From: a bacterium
GTDB taxonomy: Bacteria; Patescibacteriota; Minisyncoccia; UBA6257; JAGOQP01
DNA: 56,359 bases
Direction of reading: 5' to 3'
Assembly (NCBI GenBank): GCA_021812345.1
Contig: JAKANP010000005.1
Location: 1-56,359, forward strand
Part shown: piece after piece, positions 47,857-56,359 of the stretch
Position numbering within the stretch: position 1 is the first letter of the stretch
How the letters are laid out: every line of letters starts with the position of its first letter
Notes under the pieces: generated by a model
Told to the model about the DNA's origin: nothing
Seen by the model: only the letters and a program-made list of their open reading frames with translations
The model's database searches: none
Position numbers and translations under genes: made by a program

Positions 47857-47927
47857 CGGGGACGCCAGGATTCGAACCTGGATACCTGGTTTTGGAGACC
47901 AGAGTCTTACCGTTGGACGACATCCCC
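47857..47927 (-). tRNA. tRNA-Trp(CCA)
   Basis: CTGGT-CT-CCA-AA-ACCAG; G73. Confidence 0.93.
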
Positions 47928-48012
47928 GTGGTTTGAATGTTCTTATTTTTATAGAATATATTAAAATACTAATTCTTTCAACACCATCTCATATTTGTTA
48001 TAATCAAAAGAT

Positions 48013-48672
48013 ATGAACTATTCAAATTCGGAATTGGTTGAAGAATTAACTGAGCTTGGATATTTAAAGTCGCAGTCTTTAATAGATTCTTTTTTGGCTA
48101 TTGATAGAAAAGATTTTGTGCCCGAATCTCTTTTGGAATTTGCTTATTACAACGAACCGCTTCCCATAGGCAATGATCAAACAATTTCTCAACCTTTAAC
48201 TGTTGCTTTTATGTTGGAACTTTTAGACTTGAAAGCGGGGGATAAGGTTTTGGAAATCGGTTCCGGTTCCGGATGGCAAACATCTCTTATAGCTAAAATG
48301 GTTGAATATAGCGGGGGAATTGCCGAAGATAAAGACGGACGTTACGGAGTAATATCTCTTGAGAGAATAGATTCTTTGGCTCAAATGGCGATAAACAATG
48401 TTTCCAAATACGGATTTGTAGAAAGGGGCGTAGTTAAAATTATAAATTTTGACGGAACAAAAGGATACGAAACAGAAGCGCCATTTGATAAAATAATCGC
48501 GTCTGCGTCGGGAAAAGAAATACCCCAGGCATGGAAAGATCAATTGGTTATTGGCGGAAAAATAGTCACTCCGGTAGAAGAAAGCATTGTTGTTTTGGAC
48601 AAAACTGGAAAAAATGAATTTCAAAAGAGAGAGTTTCACGGATTTGCATTCGTGCCGTTGATTTCCGGATAA
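48013..48672 (+). CDS. pcm: Protein-L-isoaspartate O-methyltransferase
   Basis: QTISQP, VLEIGSGSGWQ, APFDKI, FVPL. Confidence 0.92.
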   Translation: MNYSNSELVEELTELGYLKSQSLIDSFLAIDRKDFVPESLLEFAYYNEPLPIGNDQTISQPLTVAFMLELLDLKAGDKVLEIGSGSGWQTSLIAKMVEYSGGIAEDKDGRYGVISLERIDSLAQMAINNVSKYGFVERGVVKIINFDGTKGYETEAPFDKIIASASGKEIPQAWKDQLVIGGKIVTPVEESIVVLDKTGKNEFQKREFHGFAFVPLISG

Positions 48673-48944
48673 TTTATGATATTTTTTTGATATTTTTTAT
48701 TTGATTTTTATTTGTCAAGCATCTCACGATCGTAAGATACTTGACAATATTTTTAAGGCGTCACTTTTTGGTTGTTTTAGGTGTGTCAGTTTATATAATA
48801 ATTTGTTATTGACAGAATATTATTTTTATGCTATTATTTAGCAGGCTATAAAGCTGTTTTAGTACTTTGATACTAGATAATCAATCTCGATTGAATCGGG
48901 ATTGTGGGTGAATTGTGCAACTAACGACGTTGTTGGGACAACGA

Positions 48945-48973
48945 ACCCTCCTTCGCATAAAGCTACGGAGGGT
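48945..48973. repeat. REP-like palindrome
   Basis: ACCCTCCTTCGCATAAAGCTACGGAGGGT. Confidence 0.7.
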
Positions 48974-48987
48974 AAAAGGAGGATGAG

Positions 48988-49767
48988 ATGAAAAAGCACT
49001 TTGTTATGTTTATCGTCTTGTGCTTCGTCGTGCTCACGCTGAGCACGACCGGGGCGTTCGCTGAGAGCAACAGCGTGCCGATGTGCCGGCTGGGGGTCAA
49101 CCCGGTCGACACACACCGTCAGGTGGACTGGTCTACCCAGTGCACTCTGACGCTAACCTCGCCGCAAGTGGTGAGGATGGAGTCCGCGAGCGGCGACATC
49201 AGCACCTGTCGATTGGCTACGGGAACCTCCGTGGTCATCGACAAGGAGACGAGCAGGGCGGAGTACGTTCGTTTCTGCTCCAATCCTCTGCCGGATCATC
49301 CGTTTCTGTCAGGGCAACGGGATTGTGCCCCTCCAGCCACGGAGAGGGTGGTGGTGCAGACCGAACGGCCTGCGGCAGTCATCCACCAACCAACTGCTAC
49401 CGTCAGGATCTTCCACAACGGTCTGGACATTACCAATACGAAGGTGAAGCCCGGCACCGAGGTGGTGGTCGTGTGGGAGTCAACCCACGCGGATCAGTGT
49501 GTGGCACTGTCCGGTTTTGGGTTCATGACCAAGGGAGAACCCTTCGGTTCAGAGAGAGTCTCTCTGAATCAGAAGGGCCTCTACACGTACAGCGTACAAT
49601 GTCATGGCCCGGCTGGGTACGTCGTGAGCGAGGACGCCAACATCGCAGTCAAATCCAATCCCTGGGGTTGGATCGTTGGTGGCATCTTGCTGGCTATCGT
49701 CGCAGCCGCCGCCGGTGGTGGTGGAGGCCATCACTCGTCGGTTCGCCAAGGGCCGACCATTCCTTAG
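48988..49767 (+). CDS. GC-rich Cys-containing surface protein (signal peptide, Ig-like unit, C-terminal TM)
   Basis: AGGAGG SD; AFA signal cleavage site; WESTHADQC...YTYSVQCHGP unit; hydrophobic C-terminal helix. Confidence 0.75.
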   Translation: MKKHFVMFIVLCFVVLTLSTTGAFAESNSVPMCRLGVNPVDTHRQVDWSTQCTLTLTSPQVVRMESASGDISTCRLATGTSVVIDKETSRAEYVRFCSNPLPDHPFLSGQRDCAPPATERVVVQTERPAAVIHQPTATVRIFHNGLDITNTKVKPGTEVVVVWESTHADQCVALSGFGFMTKGEPFGSERVSLNQKGLYTYSVQCHGPAGYVVSEDANIAVKSNPWGWIVGGILLAIVAAAAGGGGGHHSSVRQGPTIP

Positions 49768-49967
49768 TTCTCTTGGGGATTGCGCGATGACATAAACGCA
49801 GGTTTTTAAATCCCGTTTATGCCGTCCGCAATCCCCGCCATCTTTTAGTGTTTAAAAAATATTTTTTGAAAATTAAAAGATAGCGATTCATATTTAAAAC
49901 ATCCGTTAACAAAGCGGGTGTTTTTTTATAAAAAATCGCCCAAGTAAATGGCGATTTTAAATTTTAA

Positions 49968-50351
49968 CTAAATCTTTTCCCAATAATATCCCGAATCGTC
50001 TTTTTTCCCAAAGTTGTTTTCTTTTTTAGCGCAATCATCACAGAAAAAATGATCTCCAGAAAATTGTGTGTGTCTTACCCAGATAGCCGGTTTGTCGCAC
50101 ATATCACATTTGATGCGTGTTTGGTGGGATTGATTAATGGTATTTTCAAGAGTTTCAAGAGTGTCTTTGATGTCTTCTATTCTATTTTTAATCTTCACTT
50201 CTATTGCATCGATTTCAATATCCGATGGGGGATTATATTTGTCAAAAAGGCGCAACACCATAGCCAATTCCTCTATCGTAAAGGCGGCAGCTTTTTGATT
50301 TTTAAATTCTCTTATCAATCGTTTGATTCTGACGCTCGTTATGTTATTCAT
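49968..50351 (-). CDS. Hypothetical protein with a coiled coil and a C-terminal zinc-finger-like motif
   Basis: AAGGAGG SD; CDMC...CDDC. Confidence 0.7.
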   Translation of the reverse strand: MNNITSVRIKRLIREFKNQKAAAFTIEELAMVLRLFDKYNPPSDIEIDAIEVKIKNRIEDIKDTLETLENTINQSHQTRIKCDMCDKPAIWVRHTQFSGDHFFCDDCAKKENNFGKKDDSGYYWEKI

Positions 50352-50573
50352 TTGAAACCTCCTTATGTGCTGATAAAATTATAATCTTGCATATTATCAA
50401 AAACAAGTTTTATTAGTTATGGTAATTGTTTGATATTGTGGATGTTAAAATTTTATTACTTATTAATTTGTAGCAGTCAATCAAGCGGGATTGTGAATAT
50501 CATTTTATTAGATTCATCTAAAATTTATTGTGTTAAATCATAATTTTAATCATAAAAGTAATATTTATTGCAT

Positions 50574-51779
50574 TTAATAAATTATATTAAATTCTTTTTT
50601 TAGATTCAAAATTCGGTCAAAAGACTCAATAATCCTTTGTTCTCTAATATTTCCATTTTTTACAGCATTAAAAATTATATCCCTTATTTTTAATGCCAGA
50701 TCTTTATCATATCCACTCGGACTGTCATTTGAAATCATTATCATGTCAATCCCCGCGTTTATGGATTTTATTACCGCATCGTCTAAATTATAATTTTTGC
50801 TTATGGCGCCCATTTGCATGTCATCGGAAATGATAACGCCGTCGAATCCGATTTGTTTTCTTAAAATGTTTTGTAAAAAAATCTTAGATAAAGTTGCTGG
50901 ATAATTTTCATCAACGTTTTTATTTATTACATGAGCAACCATAACTGCTTTAAGCAAGCCGTCATTATTTAAACCTTGATAGGGAAGCAGTTCTTCATCT
51001 TTGTAGGTATTTGTTATATCAACTTGTTCTTTGTGGCTATCTTCTGTCGCGCTTCCTTGGCCGGGAAAATGTTTTGCTACGGCAATAATATTATTTTTTT
51101 GCAAGTTTTTTATAAATAATTTTGAATTATAAAGAACTTCGCTTGCATCTGAAGAAAAAGAACGCCCCAAAGCGCCGATGATTGGATTTTGAGGGTTTAT
51201 GTTTATATCAACTACAGGCGCAAAATCCATGTTAAATCCCAAATTCTTTAATTCCGTTGCCAAAATCATTGATTCTTTATAAGTAGTTTGCAAAGTTTTA
51301 TCCTGCCCCATTTTTTCTTCGGAAATGATGGGTAAAAATCCATATTTTGGTTTTAAGCGATTTACATTTCCACCTTCGGCGTCAACCGCAATAAATAATG
51401 GCGTAGTAGAGTAATTTTGAATGTCTGAAATGAGTTTTTTTGTTTGATCATAATTTATAATATTTCTTGGAAAACTATTTGATGGAAAGTCATAATCAAA
51501 TAAAATAACACCACCAGGTTTAACATCTTTTATCATTTTGTATGTGTCGGAATTCTTTAAAACTCTAGTCTCTCGAAATCCAATCATTATCATTTGCCCT
51601 ATTTTATCTTTAAGTTCATTGTCTGATAATACGACTTGTCTTTTAAAAATATTTTTTGTTTCTGAGGCATCTCCGATTCCATTATTGTTTGGTTTAAATA
51701 TATTTAAATACATAAAAATTCCGCCAATTGTAATGGCGCAGAAAACACAAATTTTTAACAACAATTTAACCAATTTCAT
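50574..51779 (-). CDS. nagZ: GH3 beta-N-acetylhexosaminidase
   Basis: DAEGGNVNRL, APVVD, KHFPGQG...DSH, ISDDMQMGAI; N-terminal TM. Confidence 0.85.
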   Translation of the reverse strand: MKLVKLLLKICVFCAITIGGIFMYLNIFKPNNNGIGDASETKNIFKRQVVLSDNELKDKIGQMIMIGFRETRVLKNSDTYKMIKDVKPGGVILFDYDFPSNSFPRNIINYDQTKKLISDIQNYSTTPLFIAVDAEGGNVNRLKPKYGFLPIISEEKMGQDKTLQTTYKESMILATELKNLGFNMDFAPVVDININPQNPIIGALGRSFSSDASEVLYNSKLFIKNLQKNNIIAVAKHFPGQGSATEDSHKEQVDITNTYKDEELLPYQGLNNDGLLKAVMVAHVINKNVDENYPATLSKIFLQNILRKQIGFDGVIISDDMQMGAISKNYNLDDAVIKSINAGIDMIMISNDSPSGYDKDLALKIRDIIFNAVKNGNIREQRIIESFDRILNLKKEFNIIY

Positions 51780-51901
51780 AATTTGTTTATTTTAACAAAA
51801 TAAGACATATTTTAAAAAATTTTATTAATCGGAAAATTATTTATCTAAGAATAATGATAATTGTTGTGGATGTTAAAATTTTATTGCGTTATAATTAAAT
51901 T

Positions 51902-52063
51902 ATGACAAAATCGGTTGCAATCATAATTTATTTTTTAACCATGGTAGCGGTGATTGTCGGTGCTGATTTGTTGTTTTTTAAAAATCGTTTTTGGGAACGG
52001 CTTATTGCGAATATTGGCATCGTATTATTATTTATTGCTTTTTATTTCGGGTTTATAAAATAA
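51902..52063 (+). CDS. Small two-TM protein (not in the ORF track)
   Basis: MTKSVAIIIYFLTMVAVIVGADLLFFKNRFWERLIANIGIVLLFIAFYFGFIK, 53 aa. Confidence 0.6.
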   Translation: MTKSVAIIIYFLTMVAVIVGADLLFFKNRFWERLIANIGIVLLFIAFYFGFIK

Positions 52064-52099
52064 AAACCACATACATTTATCTTAACATGTACGTTTTAG

Positions 52100-52377
52100 C
52101 TTGCACTGAGCTTGCCGAAGTGCTCCGGTGGTTATCCTTCGCTAAAGCTTCGGATAACGCGGTAGGAATCTCACGTTGTCGCTTGGTTCGACTTCGCTCA
52201 CCACAAGCCGCTCTTCTCAACACGCCCTGTCTACTGGTAGGCAGAGCTCGGTTTCTTGACGCTCCTTTAGAGCTTTTTCCTACACGGGAAACTACAAGTT
52301 TCCCGACCCCTTCCGAAGGTTCTCGCACTCCACACAAAGCAAAAAGAAAAAACGCCACAAGGACGTTTTTCTTTTTG
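52100..52377 (-). repeat. GC-rich element downstream of tRNA-Asn with nested REP-like palindromes and an interrupted tRNA 3'-end copy
   Basis: TGCTCCGGTGGT (52121-52132) and GGTAGGA (52161-52167) match the tRNA-Asn end; four palindromic units. Confidence 0.75.
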
Positions 52378-52449
52378 CTCCGGTGGTAGGACTCGAACCT
52401 ACAACCATCGCCTTAACAGGGCGCCGCTCTACCATTGAGCTACACCGGA
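52378..52449 (-). tRNA. tRNA-Asn(GTT)
   Basis: TCCGGTG/CACCGGA acceptor, CGCC-CT-GTT-AA-GGCG, G73. Confidence 0.93.
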
Positions 52450-52595
52450 ATATTTTTTACTGGAGCAGATTTATACTACCAAAGACAATAAAATATTTCA
52501 AGAATTATTTTGTATAGAATAAAAAACAAAATATTTTTATAAAATAAATAAAACAATGAGTCAATCATTTTTTGGGGCAATTATGCTATAATAAT

Positions 52596-52952
52596 ATGGT
52601 AATGGAAAATCATAAAATTATTTTAAGGCCTTGGGGAAAGGAGGTTATTTATTTAAGAGAAAAAAATATCTGGGTTAAAAAAATAAATATCAAAAACGGA
52701 CATCGCGCCAGTTTACAAAGCCACAAAGGGAGGGATGAAACCTGGATTGGATTAAGTGGCGCAACCAAAGCCATTGTCGGAAATAAAACAAAAATATTAA
52801 AAGCCGGCGATATAATAAAAGTAAAAAAAGGACAAAAACATCGCTGGGCGGGAGTAAAAAATGCCTGCGTTCTGGAGGTGGCGTTCGGAAAATTAAACGA
52901 AAACGACATATTCAGATACCAAGACGATTACGGAAGAGCGGATAAAAAATGA
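52596..52952 (+). CDS. Cupin protein, mannose-6-phosphate isomerase type II C-terminal-like
   Basis: RPWG...SLQSH...ETW...HR...LEV...DIFRYQDDYGR. Confidence 0.85.
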   Translation: MVMENHKIILRPWGKEVIYLREKNIWVKKINIKNGHRASLQSHKGRDETWIGLSGATKAIVGNKTKILKAGDIIKVKKGQKHRWAGVKNACVLEVAFGKLNENDIFRYQDDYGRADKK

Positions 52953-52992
52953 TTTGCTCTAAATTTTTTAGATGATATAATATATAAAATAA

Positions 52993-54198
52993 ATGCCTAA
53001 AAAGAATATAACAACAAAAAAAACATCTAAAAAAAATCTTTCCAAAAAGATTGTTAAAAAAAGCGTTGCTAAAAAATCTTCAGTTAAGAAAACGAAAGCA
53101 GTTTTAAAATCCAAAAAATCGCCTAAGAAACCAAAATCGGTTTTAAAACCTAAAAAACTTTTAAAAAAACCAAAGTCCGAATTTGAATTAAAAAAGCATC
53201 CCGAGAATCCCATCATAAGACCAAAAAGAGAAAATGAGTGGGAATCATATCAGACTTTTAATCCGGCGGCCATTTTTGAAAATGGAAGAGTTCATATTCT
53301 TTATCGAGCTTTAGGGAGCGACGGAGTTTCCCGTTTAGGATATGCTTCAAGCGCAGACGGCATTCATTTTGACGAAAGATTAAACGAGCCGGTTTTTGTT
53401 CATTATACAAAACCGTTTAACGCTTCTTTGCAAATGCCAAAAGATTTTTTTGCTTATGCTTCGGGCGGAAGTTGGGCCGGATGCGAAGACCCGAGAATAA
53501 CCAAAATCGACGATAAGATTTATATGCTTTTTGTCGCGTTTGACGGATGGAATATTCCAAGACTAGCAATCACCTCAATCAAGCTTAAGGACTTTTTAAA
53601 TAAAAAATGGAAATGGTCCGGCTCAAAAATTGTTTCTCCCGAAGGAATCATAGATAAAAGCGGAGTTATTTTTCCGGAAAAAATCGACGGCAAGTACGTA
53701 ATAATGCACAGAATTTTTCCCAATATTCAAATAGATTATTTGGATAATCTTGATTTTGAAAATGGAAAATATCTTGAAGAAAAAGACACGATAAAAATCA
53801 GAAAAAATAAATGGGATAGCAGAAAAATAGGGGCCGGTGCTCCGCCGATAAAAACAAAATACGGATGGCTTTTGATTTATTATGGAGTGGACGATAAAAG
53901 AGCTAGTCAGTATAAAATCGGAGCAATGCTTTTGGATTTGAATAATCCGGCTAAAGTTTTAAAAAGAACAGATAAGCCGATATTGGAGCCGATTGAATGG
54001 TATGAGAATGAAGGCCACAAAGCCGGAATCGCTTACCCGTGCGGAGCGGTTGTTATTAAAAACAACCTTTTTGTTTTTTATGGAGGAGCGGATACGGTTG
54101 TTTGCGTTGCAACGGCAAATTTGGATGATTTTATGAAAGAATTAATTTCCGGGAAAGAGCCAAAATTGGAAAAAATTTCGGAAACGCCAAAGAAATAA
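52993..54198 (+). CDS. GH130-family glycosidase/phosphorylase with a Lys-rich N-terminal extension
   Basis: TFNPAA, LYRA, GCEDPRIT, GAGAPPI, YPCGAV, YGGAD. Confidence 0.88.
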   Translation: MPKKNITTKKTSKKNLSKKIVKKSVAKKSSVKKTKAVLKSKKSPKKPKSVLKPKKLLKKPKSEFELKKHPENPIIRPKRENEWESYQTFNPAAIFENGRVHILYRALGSDGVSRLGYASSADGIHFDERLNEPVFVHYTKPFNASLQMPKDFFAYASGGSWAGCEDPRITKIDDKIYMLFVAFDGWNIPRLAITSIKLKDFLNKKWKWSGSKIVSPEGIIDKSGVIFPEKIDGKYVIMHRIFPNIQIDYLDNLDFENGKYLEEKDTIKIRKNKWDSRKIGAGAPPIKTKYGWLLIYYGVDDKRASQYKIGAMLLDLNNPAKVLKRTDKPILEPIEWYENEGHKAGIAYPCGAVVIKNNLFVFYGGADTVVCVATANLDDFMKELISGKEPKLEKISETPKK

Positions 54199-54201
54199 TT
54201 T

Positions 54202-56118
54202 ATGTTTGTAATCAAAAGATATTCTTCAAATCCGATTTTAAAACCGGACCCAAAAAGCTCCTGGCAGGCGCAAGGAGTTTTTAACGGTTGTCCGGTGAAA
54301 AAAGGGAAAAAATATCATTTATTTTTTAGAGCCGTCTCGGAAAAACATTTTCATTCCGAAGCGGGATTTGAAATGGAAGTTTCCGATATTGGGCAGTCAA
54401 TTAGCGGAGATGGAATTCATTTTAACAGTGGTCAAAGATTTATTATTCCCGAAGAAGAATGGGAAAAGTATGGATGTGAAGACCCAAGAGCTACTAAAAT
54501 CGGGAAAAATTATTATATTTTTTACACCGCTATTTCAAAATATCCTTTTGTACCGGATGGAATAAAAGTTGGTTTGGCAATTAGCAGTGATTTGAAAAAG
54601 ATAAAAGAAAAGCATTTGATTACTCCGTTTAACGCCAAAGCGATGGCGCTTTTTCCTGAAAAAATTAACGGAAAATATTGCGTGATTTTAACAGCCCATA
54701 CCGATATGCCGCCGGCAAAAATATCAATCGCTTATTTTGATAAAATCAGTCAAATGTGGTCGCCTGAATTTTGGGATAATTGGCATCAGGAGATAGACGA
54801 CTGGACAATAAATCTTCAGAGAAGGCCTCAAGATCAGATTGAAGTCGGTGCTCCGCCGATAAAAACAAAATACGGATGGCTTTTAATTTATTCTTACATA
54901 AGAAATTATTTTTCTTCTTCGGATAGAATTTTTGGAATTGAAGCGGCAATATTGGATTTAGAAGATCCAAGAAAAATATTGGCGCGAACGGGAATGCCGA
55001 TAATGACTCCGGAAGAGCCGTATGAATTAAATGGGAGAATACCGGATATAATTTTTCCAAGCGGAGCATTAACCACAAAAAATAGATTAAGAATTTATTA
55101 CGGAGCATCGGATGCTTTTTGTTGTCTTGCGGAAGTCGGAATCAAAGAATTATTAGATCACATCTGGTCTTATTCCGGATTAAAGCAGATGCAGTTAAAA
55201 AGAGCCAAAGAAAATCCGATAATTGTTCCTAATATATATCATCCTTGGGAGTCGAAAGCAGTTTTTAATCCGGGAGCTTTTTATTATGGAGGTAAAATGC
55301 ACATAATTTATAGAGCTATGTCTGCCGACAATACTTCGGTTTTTGGTTATGCCACGAGCAGTAACGGAATTCATATTGATTACAGAAGTCCCGAGCCAAT
55401 TTATGTTCCAAGAGAATCATTTGAAAGTAAATTAAATCCGGGCGGAAATTCCGGATGTGAAGATCCAAGAGTGACGGTTATCGGAAAAAATCTTTATATG
55501 TTCTACACCGCTTATGATGGAAAAAATTTACCAAGGATAGCTTTTACTTCCATAACTTTAAAAGATTTTTTAAATAAAAAATGGAATTGGAAAAAACCGA
55601 TTTTAATATCTCCGCCTGATTTTGATAATAAAGATGCCTGTTTGTTTCCGGGAAAAGTCGGAGGAAAATATCTTATTTTTCACAGAATGGGTATGGATAT
55701 TGATATCGCGTTAATTCCTGATCTTGATTTTAAAAAAAATAAATGGCTTGAAGAGCAAATTTGGCTAAAACCGCGAAGAGGATTTTGGGACAGCAAGAAA
55801 GTCGGTGTTGCCGGACCGCCCATTAAAACAAAAAAAGGATGGATTCTTTTGTATCACGGCGTTTCCGATGAAGGAATTTACAGAGTCGGCGCCGTTTTAA
55901 TGAGTTTAAAGGACCCGACTAAAATAATTTCCAGAACAGACAAACCGATTCTTGAACCGGAAATGCCTTATGAAAAAAACGGACAAGTTTCAAATGTTGT
56001 TTTCCCTTGCGGATATGCGGTTATAAAAAATAAAGTTTTTATTTATTATGGAGGCGGGGATAGTGTGGTGGCGGCGGCAACTATCGGTATTAACGAACTA
56101 CTTGATGTTTTTAAATAA
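54202..56118 (+). CDS. Tandem double-domain GH130-family protein
   Basis: Two complete FN...CEDPR...PPI...FP...YYG..D units. Confidence 0.88.
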   Translation: MFVIKRYSSNPILKPDPKSSWQAQGVFNGCPVKKGKKYHLFFRAVSEKHFHSEAGFEMEVSDIGQSISGDGIHFNSGQRFIIPEEEWEKYGCEDPRATKIGKNYYIFYTAISKYPFVPDGIKVGLAISSDLKKIKEKHLITPFNAKAMALFPEKINGKYCVILTAHTDMPPAKISIAYFDKISQMWSPEFWDNWHQEIDDWTINLQRRPQDQIEVGAPPIKTKYGWLLIYSYIRNYFSSSDRIFGIEAAILDLEDPRKILARTGMPIMTPEEPYELNGRIPDIIFPSGALTTKNRLRIYYGASDAFCCLAEVGIKELLDHIWSYSGLKQMQLKRAKENPIIVPNIYHPWESKAVFNPGAFYYGGKMHIIYRAMSADNTSVFGYATSSNGIHIDYRSPEPIYVPRESFESKLNPGGNSGCEDPRVTVIGKNLYMFYTAYDGKNLPRIAFTSITLKDFLNKKWNWKKPILISPPDFDNKDACLFPGKVGGKYLIFHRMGMDIDIALIPDLDFKKNKWLEEQIWLKPRRGFWDSKKVGVAGPPIKTKKGWILLYHGVSDEGIYRVGAVLMSLKDPTKIISRTDKPILEPEMPYEKNGQVSNVVFPCGYAVIKNKVFIYYGGGDSVVAAATIGINELLDVFK

Positions 56119-56141
56119 TTATAATTAATAAGAAAAATAAT

Positions 56142-56359
56142 ATGACAGCAAGTGAATTAAAAGATAAGTTGGCAAAGGGCGAAAAAATTCGTTTGATTGA
56201 CGTAAGAGAAGGAGACGAATTTGAACAGGGGGAGAAGATAGAGGGCGCTGAAAATATTCCGATGGGAAAAGTTTTTGTTAAAGTTCAAAAAAACGAACTT
56301 CCCAAAGAAGGTAAAATTGTCACTATTTGTAAAACCGGAGGAAGATGTGAAATTGTTGC
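56142..56359 (+). CDS. Rhodanese-like domain protein (3'-truncated by window)
   Basis: LIDVREGDEF...IEGAENIP...ICKTGGRC. Confidence 0.85.
   Translation, partial: MTASELKDKLAKGEKIRLIDVREGDEFEQGEKIEGAENIPMGKVFVKVQKNELPKEGKIVTICKTGGRCEIV

Noticed and set aside
47857-47927. Alternative genetic code (UGA reassignment)
   Set aside because: tRNA-Trp has a CCA anticodon, TGA ends several genes (for example tmk), and core genes are uninterrupted under code 11
47747-48016. 89-aa ORF
   Set aside because: Overlaps rpmG out of frame and tRNA-Trp antisense
49083-49790. 235-aa overlapping ORF in another frame
   Set aside because: Expected by-product of high GC; no SD, and the main frame has the signal peptide and TM
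49775-49836. Integron attC site
   Set aside because: No RYYYAAC/GTTRRRY core boxes and no integron integrase in the window
51991-52389. ORFs 51991-52389(+) and 52077-52358(-)
   Set aside because: Translations of palindromic repeat DNA; a faint GIY-YIG-like remnant (YMLR, MWF) near 52060-52095 is too short to support
1-56359. CRISPR array or cas genes
   Set aside because: No regularly spaced repeat-spacer series; all repeats found are pairs or dispersed palindromes

Overview
AT-rich chromosomal fragment that looks like Patescibacteria/CPR (Parcubacteria-like). This is inferred from short EF-Ts, ThrS without the N-terminal TGS domain, shortened SMC, rplK without an adjacent rplA, a cohesin/dockerin pair and SD-less core genes. 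From left to right it holds: the end of a metal/oxyanion transporter cluster; tRNA-Ser(CGA) with an integrase-less mini-island (18-bp tRNA-end duplication, perfect 85-bp inverted repeats around XRE-HTH/membrane/HEPN-motif genes, then a GIY-YIG nuclease); a 1644-aa Ig-repeat dockerin protein plus a membrane-anchored cohesin protein and a two-component system; housekeeping genes (gyrB, secE-nusG-rplK, tmk, gatB, miaA, thrS, dnaE, rnhB, rpmF-nusB-rnc-smc, rpsP-khpA-trmD, rpsB-tsf, rpmG, pcm); and nagZ and GH130 genes. There are ten tRNA genes, two of which (Phe-GAA, Thr-GGU) carry group I introns. The most novel signals are: (i) a family of elements downstream of tRNA-Ser, -Tyr and -Asn that each end in a duplicated tRNA 3' end preceded by an AGCGAC motif and are associated with REP-like palindromes; (ii) the inverted-repeat-bounded HEPN cassette; (iii) a free-standing HTH-LAGLIDADG gene between an anticodon-deleted chimeric pseudo-tRNA-Thr and an intron-containing tRNA-Thr. 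All protein calls come from motif recognition by eye, with no database searches.
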